A stretch of DNA of 51,434 nt, from contig JARGFS010000003.1 of assembly GCA_029211095.1 (NCBI GenBank), positions 1-51,434 of the forward strand. Direction: 5' to 3'. This document shows, piece after piece, positions 19,819-29,208 of the stretch (position 1 is its first letter; every line of letters begins with the position of its first letter). Position numbers and translations under genes: made by a program. This DNA comes from a bacterium. GTDB taxonomy: Bacteria > Zixibacteria > MSB-5A5 > GN15 > FEB-12. Under the pieces are notes generated by a model, which saw only the letters and a program-made list of their open reading frames with translations, did not search any database and had not been told where the DNA came from.

Positions 19819-19870
19819 TTACCGCCTAAATCCGGCGGTAAGCTTAAGAAGCAGAGCGGTTTTCCGATAG
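19819..19870 (+). promoter_or_regulatory. Inverted-repeat operator plus sigma-28-like promoter of the giant-protein operon
   Basis: TTACCGCC-N7-GGCGGTAA (19819-19841) then TTAAG-N14-TCCGATAG (19844-19870), 8 nt before ATG 19879. Confidence 0.45.
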
Positions 19871-19878
19871 TTGCTATA

Positions 19879-22800
19879 ATGGAAACTTCTCGGCTCAAAA
19901 TCGTCATATTGGCTCTACTGACAGTGGTTTTCCCCGCCTCGGCCGGGGCTACCAACTACTATGTCTCGCCCACCGGCTCCGATGCAGCCGATGGACAGAC
20001 CATATTGACTCCATGGCTGTCAATTGAGAACGGTGAAAAAACCGGCGTGCTGGCTCCGGGGGATTCCATCTTTGTTCTGTCCGGTTCCTACAGTCGCACT
20101 ACCGGCGCAAGTTTTCCAACCTCTGGTACGGCTGTCGCTCCCATCGTTTATACTTCACTGGGGAAAAAAAGGCCACTCATTGACTTTGGAAACAGTGGCG
20201 ATGTGGCCATAAGTCTGGTTGGGAACCATATCAATTTTAAGAACATTGCAATCACCAATGGAAATAACAGCGGTATTGAGATTGTCGGTGATTCCATTTA
20301 TCTGTTTGGATGCCAAATCAGCGGGTTCTCGAAACAAGGTATTCGGGTTCTTGGCAGCTATAATAAAATTGTCGCCAATGTCGTCAATGCGGTCGGAGAC
20401 CGGGGGATAGAGAACGAAGACTCCGGCGAATTTGAAAACGTTTTCTACAACAACACTATCTACGGCTGCGGCAGTCACGGAATAGAATTGCACGCCAAAA
20501 TAAAAAGCAGCCGGGTCTTTAACAACATTGTTGCCGCAAATAACAATGATGGTATCAGAGGGAAAGTAGAAAATGTCTACGGTTTTAATAATGTCTGGGG
20601 AAATCTGGGGAATGACTACTCAGATGGTGCGGTCGACTCAGCCGGGGGAATATCGTTCCAGCCAGGGTTTGTAAATGTCTTATCGGTCCGTTTTGATCTC
20701 AAAAAGAATGCCAAAGAGATTAATGCCGGTCTGGATATCGGCTACCCGTTCAATGGAACGTCACCCGATATGGGAGCTTACGAAAAATATAACAACTACT
20801 TTGTGAGTCCGGATGGCAACGATCAAAACAGCGGACGGCATCCTGATTCGGCTTGGTTATCAATCGATAACGGTGATTCAACCCTCTTTCCCGGTGACAC
20901 TGTATATGTTCTGGCGGGAAACTATAGTAACCCGGTTTCAATAACTGACAGTGGGACTGTTGACGAAGAGATCTTCTATGTTGGCGTGTTGGATTCTGTT
21001 ACAATTGACGGCACGGGAAATTCAGTCACGGTCAGGATTTCCGGAATGTGTATCAAGTGGTATGGAATCGACATAGCGTCATCGACAACTGCGAATATTG
21101 AGATCAGCGGCTCCAAAAACAGACTCGAGAATTGTGATATATCCAATTGCGATCTGTATGGGTTGCTTGTTACAGGTAACGAAAATACCATACAACAAAA
21201 CCGGATTTTTGGAAACCAGAACTCAGGGCTACTGATTTCAGGCAATGAATGTATTGTTTACAACAACAGTTTTTACAACAATGCCCTGTTCGGAATAGAT
21301 GCTTTAGGGAGTACGCTTCATCAGTTCGTCAATAACATCATCAGCGGTTCGGCAACTTCGACCGGTGTAAGAGCGGATGGAGGCAGCCTGCTGTCTTACT
21401 CCATACTGCACAATCTAACTACTCCTTTCACTGGAGGACTATCTGTCTCATCTGATGTGACTTATGATGATCCCCTGTTTGTGGATGCTCCTGGAAGTGA
21501 TTTCAACCTCGGCTCCTTTTCTCCGGCAATTGATGCAGGCGTTGATGTTGGTTTGCCATATAACAACAGCGATCCGGATCTGGGTGCTATCGAAACTGGT
21601 GTTCTGGCTGTTCTTCAAATCAGTCCGGTTATCGATAGTCTGATCTCTGACTCAACATATCAGTTCGATGTTGTTGCCCTGGATTCATCCGGTCTTCCCG
21701 CCGATCCCGGTTTAATAGTCTGGTCACACACCTTCTCTTCAGGTGTGATCAGTTCCGGTGGACTTTTTACACCGGACAAGATTGGGTCCGGAGTGGTAAC
21801 GGTCCAATCTCTGTCCTACCCGGTCAATGGTTCCTCCGCTGTAATGACAGTAGTTCCGGGCGCTTTGTCATCTTTGTCAGTTTCTCCCGATCAAGATACT
21901 GTTTCGGCAGATTCCACCCGGCAGTTTGTGGCTACCGGAATTGATATCCACGGGAACAATACCGGTCTGGTTGGTGACTTGACCTGGTATGTGCTTGGCG
22001 ATATCGGAACCATTGACAGCGGCGGTCTTTTTGATGCCGGTCGGGTCGGGTCTGGACGTATTAGTGTTGTCAGCAGTCTTGGTGCAAGTGGAACGAGCGA
22101 TTCAATTGTAGTGACACCCGGAGCGCTTTCCATATTGTCAGTATCCCCCCAGGCGGCCATTGTAGTACAGGCCGAATCTCAGGCATTTGCTGCCTCCGGG
22201 CTGGATAGTGACTCCAACTTTATTTCTGATCTGACGGACGGCTCTGTCTGGACGACCAGCGATCCGGATGGAAGCGTTGGTGGTTCCGGGACATATACGG
22301 CGGGGAATATTGTATCGTCCCCTTATTACTATGTCAAAGCAACCGATGGAGTCCGGTCGGATTCCGCGCAAATCACCGTCATTGCCAGTGGTGACCTGAC
22401 TCATATCAGAATAGAACTGGCCGATCACTCGGTGGTAGGGGATACAACTCTGTCCTCGGATAACGACAGTACCATTCTCTATGCCCGGGGATATGATGCC
22501 GGATGGACCTTGATAGGTGATCTGGTGGTCGACTGGACCATAACCGGTGTTGATACCATAGGCTCCCTGACAAGCAGTAATGCTCCGCAGACAAATCTCA
22601 TCCTGACAACTCCCGGCCAGTCAGTTGTTCAAGCTACCTACTCCGGCTCCCTGACTGATTCAACGGGACTGATTACCTGCCAGCCGGGTGTGGCGAGCGT
22701 GATGACGATTGTACCTGATACCATGACTCTGACCGCCGGGGAAACTTTCGACTTTGATGTCGTGGTAACGGATGCCGATGGCAACACTCCGGGATTGAGT

Positions 22801-25800
22801 CTGGTTCCGGCGTGGGCACTGCTTGGGGATATTGGCAGTATGGAATCTTTCGGGCATTTTTCGGCATCGACCGTCGGCACTGGGCGGGCGGTGGCCGCGG
22901 CCGGTGGGTTAGCAGATACCTCCGGAGCCATTAACGTAGTGGCAGGAAGTCTTACCAGTCTAATGGTTGTGCCGGACTCAGCAGTGATCCCGACCGACAG
23001 TAGTTTACAGTTTTCGGTCGCGGGATTTGACCTCTTTGGCAACGAGCAATCGACCGGAAATATCACCTGGTCCTTGACCAGTCCTGTCGGCGTGATAGAC
23101 TCCACCGGTTTTTTTGTCCCGACTTCAACAGGTATCACGCAGGCTATCGCCGTCTCTGAATTCGGACCGATTGACACCTCCGCCTATCTTGAAGTCACGC
23201 CCGGCCGATTGGCATTGCTTACAATTAACCCGGACCTGGTGAACATGGTTACCGGAGATAGTCAGAACTTCACTGTATCGGGGAAGGATGCCCTTGGTTA
23301 TTCCACAGCCGTGGGTGGTGTCTCCTGGTCTGTTACAGGAGGCATTGGCGACATCACCTCCTCCGGTTTGTTCACCGCAAGGTCCATTGGTAGTGGACAG
23401 ATTGTGGCTGAAAGCAGCATTGGTGGAGTGACAGATACAAATAGCGCTGTCGTTGTGGCGGCGGGAGTGCCAACCAGACTGTCGATCTCCCCGGATGAAA
23501 TCATGCTGGCGCTGGGAGACTCAACAGATTTTTCCGCCCGCGCATTTGACGAATACTTCAACGAGGTTAGTCCTGGAGAACTCTCCTGGTCCGTTGTCGG
23601 AGCAATTGGTTCCATAGACAGTCTGGGGAGATTCCAGGCAGAATCTGCCGGGACAGGACGGATTGCCGTACACAGTTCCAGTTTCGGGCTGTATGACAGT
23701 ACTTCGTCGGTAGTGGTCGAGGCGTTAACGGTGGCCTCGCTTCCGCTTGGAGATCGGGTCGTCCTGGCCGGTCAATCTGACATTGACATACTAAGATTCC
23801 AGGTCAACAATCTGTACTCGGTTGGCAAGGGGGTCGAAGGTTTCCGTTTCCGAATGCAGAGTACCGGTGCCGGATCAGACGCGGAGATGCTTGCAAATTT
23901 AGACTCGCTCCATCTCTATCGTGAGTCAGTTTCAGACAGTCTGCTGGGCAGCGCTGTTGTTGACAGTGACACCAGCCTGATGATATTTTCATCGCTGACT
24001 ATTCCGATGCTTGACAGCCTGACTTTTTCTGTCCGGGCCGATGTCAGCAGTTTCCCTCATGATGGAGACTTCGCCGATCTCCTGATGATTCCGGCTCTGG
24101 ATGTTGTTAGTTCCGATGGATCAGCAGTGGCCGGTACCGACAGTCTCAATTCCCTGGGACAACTGCTGTTCGACGGACTTACTCGGAGTCAGATTACTCT
24201 TACTCCGGTGGGCCTTGATTCCATAATGCTGACTGACAGCATGTACGCCATAATGATTATTGATATTCCCCGGAACGGCTATGCAGGCGATACTCTGGAG
24301 TTGATCAGTGTTGTCGTGGATACGGCTCTTGGCGGCACTGTCAGCGATCAGGATTTTGACTCGCTTGTCATCTATTCCGACAACGGGGATGACATCTGGA
24401 ACGGAGCCAGTCTGGAGCAGAGGTTGGGCGTTCTGGTTTTCACCGGCAATCGATGGATAAGAAGCGGGCTCTCGTATGAGTTGATCAATCCGCTCAATCG
24501 GCTGTACGTTGCTGCGGCTCTCTCGGCGCAGCCCACACGAGGTGCCGTAGTCGCCTTTGGGATTCCTCTGAATGGGATTCAAGTTACTTCGAACAATGAC
24601 GGCCCTATTGACTATCCGGTTGGAGCCGTTGACAGTATTGTGATAGCCACTTCCGAATCGTTCGCCGTTTCTGTCATCAAGGGGGAGGTTCAGCTCCTTG
24701 TACCCGGCGAACTGTCGGGCGCGCTGACGACCATTGAATTGATAAACAACTTCTATGATCCCTACCAGTTGGACAGCCTCATTTTTGATCTGGAAATCTC
24801 TTCCATTTACCCGGAAACACAGGGGATCAAGGATTCGCAACTGGACAGCCTTCTGCTGGTGGTTCATGACATCTCCGATATTAATCAGCTCGGTTCCCAG
24901 GGAACAGTTGTTTCATCAACATTCCCGATTGACGGTGTGGCTGCCTTTGACTGCCATAACCTGACCCTTGCGGGCGCTGGGAGTCCAGTCTACTTGAGTG
25001 TTCAAGCGGCGGTAAGTCTGGAGTCGGCCAGAAACGGCAATCTCGTCAGCCTCTCGCTTCCGGATTCAAGCAGAATTGTGCTAAGCCCCTCAACGAGTAT
25101 TGAGGCAACTTATCCGCTTCAGGGTACGCTTGGGCATCAGATCGACCGGTTCCCGTTGGCGTCCGCAAGCGCCTATCAAATGGGGAGCCAGACAATCTTT
25201 GGCGGACAGACCCGGCTGCCTGTTTTCGAATTCAGATTGCCTGGCGATGGATACTCTGTAGACAATTTGCGTTCCATCCGTCTGGCCAATCGCGGGAGTT
25301 TGAACGATGGTGCCGCCCTGACCGGAGTGAGCCTTTGGTATGACTGGGAGGAGGACGGACTTACAGCCAATGACTCGCTGGTGTCAACCCTGAGCTATGA
25401 ATCCGGCGAGTGGACTGTTTCCGGAGTCGTCAGAACCATACCTTCGGAAGGGAGCCGTTTTATTGCCACTGTTGATGTTGGCAACACTCAGTTCCTGGCC
25501 GGTACTCTGGAGTTTGTTCTGCCTGTGGGCGGGGTCACCTATTGGTCCGGGGCGGATGGTCCGGATGATGGAGAGTTGGGGAGTCAGGAGAGTCATTTTT
25601 TAATACCGACCGATCGCGTGACGGTGATTTCGTTACAGGGGGAATCGGGTGAAGTGTACCCCGGTGCCACCATTGACCAGCTGCTGACTTTCGCTTTATA
25701 CAATGGGTATGCAGCCACCGATACGCTCTCTATTGAGGCGATAACGTTTACCAACATCTCACGCTCTCAGTCCGGACGTGACTGGGCGGACAGTTCTCTG

Positions 25801-28800
25801 GCCCAGGTCTCACTATACTTTGATTCTGATCATAATCGTCTCTTTGATGAAAGTGACAGCCTGATCGGAACCGGGTACTTTGCCTCCGGTCAATTGAAAA
25901 TGAACGGCCTCAGTGTAAGTCTTCCACCGGAGGAAATAAGTTCATTTTTTGTGTCAGCGGAGCTTTCACTGGCCCAAATAGATCTGGACAGTCTGGCGAT
26001 TTCAATTGAGCAGGCCTCAGACTTTGTTTTTGCCGATACCGGATCAATCTCAGTTAATGGAGACCTCCCGCTGACCAGTGGTGGCTGGAACATAGTTAAC
26101 GGTTCCGTTTCGGATCAATATGAAATGAGCGGATTGCCGCCTACCTCGGTCACTCCGGGAGATACGGCTGTCCTCCTGATGGTATTCAGACCGGCCAGCA
26201 ACGGTGACCGCATAGATACGCTGACTTCGATCACCGTGGAGAACGCTAACACGACCAATGTTGCCAGTGGTGCGGACATATCCAATATGAATCTCTGGAT
26301 GGATATGAATGACAACGCGCTGTATGATTCATCAGACAGTCTGATCGGTTCCTTGAGTTTTGGCGCCTCTCAGCATTGGATCAGCGCTGCCCTGGATTGT
26401 GAGATCGGGCGGACACCACCAAGATTGCTGTTGGTGGCCGATATATCTTCCGGCGCTACTCCGAACCGCCAGTTCCGTGGAAAAATTGTCACTAGCGGTT
26501 GTGGCTACCGGTCGTCAAACAATGGTCCCCTTGATCAGCCCCTGCTAAGTGACCGCCAGGTGACTATTTCAAACGCCGCGCTGGCTATCTCTATGCAAAA
26601 TCAACCGGAGCGCTATACAGTCGGACAAACGATTCATCATCAGCTTACCGTAACCAACAATGGGTTGATACCTCTGCTGGATGTCTCAGCTTATGCAACA
26701 GTAAGCGATTCACTGCTTCTAACGTTGGACAGCAGTCAGATCGGACCGGTGCCTCTCGTTGCAGGCGTTTCAGCCGACTTTGATTTTTATTACACCGCTC
26801 TGGATACCGGAAAAATTGTCTGGCAGTTTCAGGCAACAGCCGATGTCACCGGGGATTCCTCTGTTGTTCTGGTGACAGATTCGATAGAATTTCAGCGGGC
26901 GGTATCGGCGGTGCCGATTCAGTTCGTGAACAGCAATCCGACTTCGGTGACCAGAGGACAGCAAAATGTCTTTCCGCTTAGTTTGACGATCGCTCATCCA
27001 GACACCGATCCGATATCAGCTTCAATCCGGATAGACAGTTTGAGAATCCGGGTTGAGGATGGTTCTGGCAATGGCCGACGGGCAGACTCAACTCTCGCAC
27101 GTCTGGTACTGGCCTCAGGCTACACTAACCTCACTATTTTGGAAACCATGCCAGCCAGCGCAGATTTGTCTCTGATCTTCGGCGAACCGGTAGTTATTGA
27201 TCCTGCGCAGCAAAGAAATTTCTCCCTGCTGGTGGATATTGATAGCGCCGCCGCTGCCGGGAGTTTTGCCATCTCAATAGTAGAGAGTTCCGCAATAGTT
27301 GTGACCGATAACAATAGTTCACAGCCAATCAGCCTTGCACCCGGTCTTGTATTTCCAATGGTTACCGCCTCCTGTCGGATAGATAATCCTTCGGCCAACT
27401 TGTTATTGTCATCGGAGCCGCTCCTTCAGGCCACGGTAAATTACGGGCAGGATGATCTTGACCTGGTGCAACTACTGTTTACTCATCCGGGAGAGTTTGG
27501 AAGTTCTCCAATCCAGGTGACCTCAATGATTGTCAATTTTGTGGACAGCCTGCTCAATCCGATAAGCGCCACACATCTGCTTGAGCGTCTTCAAATCAGA
27601 CGGCAGCAAGTTATTGTGGCCGAGGTTACCAATTTTGGACCGATGGAGGATTCTGTTGAGGTCGTTCTCAATTCGCCGCTGACACTTAATCCCGGTGAGC
27701 AGGATTCACTGGCCATACGAGTCTCATTAGATGATCAGTCGTTATACAGCAACTTTGGACTTATTATCTCCGACAGTACCCGCTTTGTGGTGCGGGATTT
27801 AAGCTCCCATTCCCTGATTGAAATTACGACCGATACTTCCTTGCTGGCCACCGGTTCCGTCTTCCCCATCCACTCCGGCAGCGCCCGTTTGTTGCAACCG
27901 GCCAGTGTCGGCGAAGTCTGCCTGACAACCCACCTCCCGGATGCTGTGGTTGGGGGGAAAGATAGCCTGGCCCTGGTTGACATTACCCTGGAGTATCCTG
28001 CCACGCTCGGTCATTCCTCGGTTATGATTTTTGCCGCTGATCTCAACGTCATGGATTCACTGGGACGACCCCTGAATCCTGACCGGCTGTTTGACAGAAT
28101 CGGATATGTTGTCGACGGCCAAAACCTGACCTACCAGCCTTTTGTTGGAATTGTCAATGGTTCCGCACACTTCACCTTTGGAAGCGGTGTCCGTTTGGAT
28201 CCGGGTGAACAAAAGACAATCTCACTGGTAGGGGATATCGAAGCGGATGTGCCGTTTACGAACTTCTCCGTTTCCATACCGCAGTCCGAAGCCATGGACT
28301 TTAGAGATGCCAACGATACCAACGCTCTCCCCGGACTGGTCAGTGGAGCTTCCTGCGGTGGACAGTTCCCCTTCGTCACCAATACTGCTGATATCTTCCT
28401 TCCGGCCGGTCGACCGCTCTTTGAATGCAGGAAGCTTCCCGTACAAGTCACTGCTCCGGGTCAGGAGATGCTCAAACTGTTTGAAGGAACGCTCACGTAT
28501 GATGGCGATGGCTTGCAGGGGGATGTTTCCATTGAAGGAGTGAGCGGAAAATTTGTTCGAAGACTTTCCGATGGATGGCATACAGCCAGTCCCGGAGAGG
28601 CGCTCACAAGGATCAGCGTGATGGTGGACAGCAGTCTTGCGTGCGAGGATTCGTTACTTACCGGTGACAGTCTTCAGTTGGACTTCCCGCAGCCGCTCAG
28701 TATCAGCAGTGGCGAAAAGGTCACGGTAGAAATCTATGTCTCTCTGGAAGATAATATTCTGCTGGGAAATTACGCACTTAAATTTGATGATTCCGGCTTC

Positions 28801-29208
28801 ATCAAGCTGATCGACAAAAATATTTCAAATGATCTGTTCGCCGCCGGTAACGAGAGTTACCCCCTGTATTCGGCCGAGATTTCAGTTCTCGAAGCAAACC
28901 TCGGCGAGTCGTTTGTGAACTATCCCAATCCGTTTCACCCCTCACTGGGTGAGCAAACAACCATTGCTTACGTGCTCCCCGCTGACGCCCATGTTGATAT
29001 TGAAATATTCACTATTACCGGCAGCCTGGTCGCCCTCATCGCCGACAATCAATTCCGCAGCCAGGGGGCTCATTCCGAAGATACCTGGACCGCACTCAAT
29101 GATCGCGGACTGAAGGTGATCAGCGGAACCTACTATTGCCGCATTACGGCTCGCTACGGTTCCGGGAAAACCGAAGAAGTTCGCAGAAAAGTTGCGGTGA
29201 TCCGATGA
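19879..29208 (+). CDS. Giant (~3110 aa) secreted surface protein: 2 right-handed beta-helix domains, 8 Ig-like repeats, further beta-sandwich repeats, C-terminal FlgD-Ig/T9SS-like CTD
   Basis: Signal peptide from ATG 19879; NY(Y/F)VSP.G.D...PD(M/L)GA(Y/I)E twice; ~87-aa L..L.VSP repeats 21600-23720; C-terminal NYPNPF..T.I.Y..V.I.I(F/Y)...G..V..W...N..G..V.SG.Y. Confidence 0.85.
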   Translation: METSRLKIVILALLTVVFPASAGATNYYVSPTGSDAADGQTILTPWLSIENGEKTGVLAPGDSIFVLSGSYSRTTGASFPTSGTAVAPIVYTSLGKKRPLIDFGNSGDVAISLVGNHINFKNIAITNGNNSGIEIVGDSIYLFGCQISGFSKQGIRVLGSYNKIVANVVNAVGDRGIENEDSGEFENVFYNNTIYGCGSHGIELHAKIKSSRVFNNIVAANNNDGIRGKVENVYGFNNVWGNLGNDYSDGAVDSAGGISFQPGFVNVLSVRFDLKKNAKEINAGLDIGYPFNGTSPDMGAYEKYNNYFVSPDGNDQNSGRHPDSAWLSIDNGDSTLFPGDTVYVLAGNYSNPVSITDSGTVDEEIFYVGVLDSVTIDGTGNSVTVRISGMCIKWYGIDIASSTTANIEISGSKNRLENCDISNCDLYGLLVTGNENTIQQNRIFGNQNSGLLISGNECIVYNNSFYNNALFGIDALGSTLHQFVNNIISGSATSTGVRADGGSLLSYSILHNLTTPFTGGLSVSSDVTYDDPLFVDAPGSDFNLGSFSPAIDAGVDVGLPYNNSDPDLGAIETGVLAVLQISPVIDSLISDSTYQFDVVALDSSGLPADPGLIVWSHTFSSGVISSGGLFTPDKIGSGVVTVQSLSYPVNGSSAVMTVVPGALSSLSVSPDQDTVSADSTRQFVATGIDIHGNNTGLVGDLTWYVLGDIGTIDSGGLFDAGRVGSGRISVVSSLGASGTSDSIVVTPGALSILSVSPQAAIVVQAESQAFAASGLDSDSNFISDLTDGSVWTTSDPDGSVGGSGTYTAGNIVSSPYYYVKATDGVRSDSAQITVIASGDLTHIRIELADHSVVGDTTLSSDNDSTILYARGYDAGWTLIGDLVVDWTITGVDTIGSLTSSNAPQTNLILTTPGQSVVQATYSGSLTDSTGLITCQPGVASVMTIVPDTMTLTAGETFDFDVVVTDADGNTPGLSLVPAWALLGDIGSMESFGHFSASTVGTGRAVAAAGGLADTSGAINVVAGSLTSLMVVPDSAVIPTDSSLQFSVAGFDLFGNEQSTGNITWSLTSPVGVIDSTGFFVPTSTGITQAIAVSEFGPIDTSAYLEVTPGRLALLTINPDLVNMVTGDSQNFTVSGKDALGYSTAVGGVSWSVTGGIGDITSSGLFTARSIGSGQIVAESSIGGVTDTNSAVVVAAGVPTRLSISPDEIMLALGDSTDFSARAFDEYFNEVSPGELSWSVVGAIGSIDSLGRFQAESAGTGRIAVHSSSFGLYDSTSSVVVEALTVASLPLGDRVVLAGQSDIDILRFQVNNLYSVGKGVEGFRFRMQSTGAGSDAEMLANLDSLHLYRESVSDSLLGSAVVDSDTSLMIFSSLTIPMLDSLTFSVRADVSSFPHDGDFADLLMIPALDVVSSDGSAVAGTDSLNSLGQLLFDGLTRSQITLTPVGLDSIMLTDSMYAIMIIDIPRNGYAGDTLELISVVVDTALGGTVSDQDFDSLVIYSDNGDDIWNGASLEQRLGVLVFTGNRWIRSGLSYELINPLNRLYVAAALSAQPTRGAVVAFGIPLNGIQVTSNNDGPIDYPVGAVDSIVIATSESFAVSVIKGEVQLLVPGELSGALTTIELINNFYDPYQLDSLIFDLEISSIYPETQGIKDSQLDSLLLVVHDISDINQLGSQGTVVSSTFPIDGVAAFDCHNLTLAGAGSPVYLSVQAAVSLESARNGNLVSLSLPDSSRIVLSPSTSIEATYPLQGTLGHQIDRFPLASASAYQMGSQTIFGGQTRLPVFEFRLPGDGYSVDNLRSIRLANRGSLNDGAALTGVSLWYDWEEDGLTANDSLVSTLSYESGEWTVSGVVRTIPSEGSRFIATVDVGNTQFLAGTLEFVLPVGGVTYWSGADGPDDGELGSQESHFLIPTDRVTVISLQGESGEVYPGATIDQLLTFALYNGYAATDTLSIEAITFTNISRSQSGRDWADSSLAQVSLYFDSDHNRLFDESDSLIGTGYFASGQLKMNGLSVSLPPEEISSFFVSAELSLAQIDLDSLAISIEQASDFVFADTGSISVNGDLPLTSGGWNIVNGSVSDQYEMSGLPPTSVTPGDTAVLLMVFRPASNGDRIDTLTSITVENANTTNVASGADISNMNLWMDMNDNALYDSSDSLIGSLSFGASQHWISAALDCEIGRTPPRLLLVADISSGATPNRQFRGKIVTSGCGYRSSNNGPLDQPLLSDRQVTISNAALAISMQNQPERYTVGQTIHHQLTVTNNGLIPLLDVSAYATVSDSLLLTLDSSQIGPVPLVAGVSADFDFYYTALDTGKIVWQFQATADVTGDSSVVLVTDSIEFQRAVSAVPIQFVNSNPTSVTRGQQNVFPLSLTIAHPDTDPISASIRIDSLRIRVEDGSGNGRRADSTLARLVLASGYTNLTILETMPASADLSLIFGEPVVIDPAQQRNFSLLVDIDSAAAAGSFAISIVESSAIVVTDNNSSQPISLAPGLVFPMVTASCRIDNPSANLLLSSEPLLQATVNYGQDDLDLVQLLFTHPGEFGSSPIQVTSMIVNFVDSLLNPISATHLLERLQIRRQQVIVAEVTNFGPMEDSVEVVLNSPLTLNPGEQDSLAIRVSLDDQSLYSNFGLIISDSTRFVVRDLSSHSLIEITTDTSLLATGSVFPIHSGSARLLQPASVGEVCLTTHLPDAVVGGKDSLALVDITLEYPATLGHSSVMIFAADLNVMDSLGRPLNPDRLFDRIGYVVDGQNLTYQPFVGIVNGSAHFTFGSGVRLDPGEQKTISLVGDIEADVPFTNFSVSIPQSEAMDFRDANDTNALPGLVSGASCGGQFPFVTNTADIFLPAGRPLFECRKLPVQVTAPGQEMLKLFEGTLTYDGDGLQGDVSIEGVSGKFVRRLSDGWHTASPGEALTRISVMVDSSLACEDSLLTGDSLQLDFPQPLSISSGEKVTVEIYVSLEDNILLGNYALKFDDSGFIKLIDKNISNDLFAAGNESYPLYSAEISVLEANLGESFVNYPNPFHPSLGEQTTIAYVLPADAHVDIEIFTITGSLVALIADNQFRSQGAHSEDTWTALNDRGLKVISGTYYCRITARYGSGKTEEVRRKVAVIR

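Noticed and set aside
19725-19955. Apparent overlap of DUF885 and giant-protein ORFs
   Set aside because: Artefact of longest-ORF starts; signal-peptide starts at 19724 and 19879 leave a 154-bp divergent promoter gap
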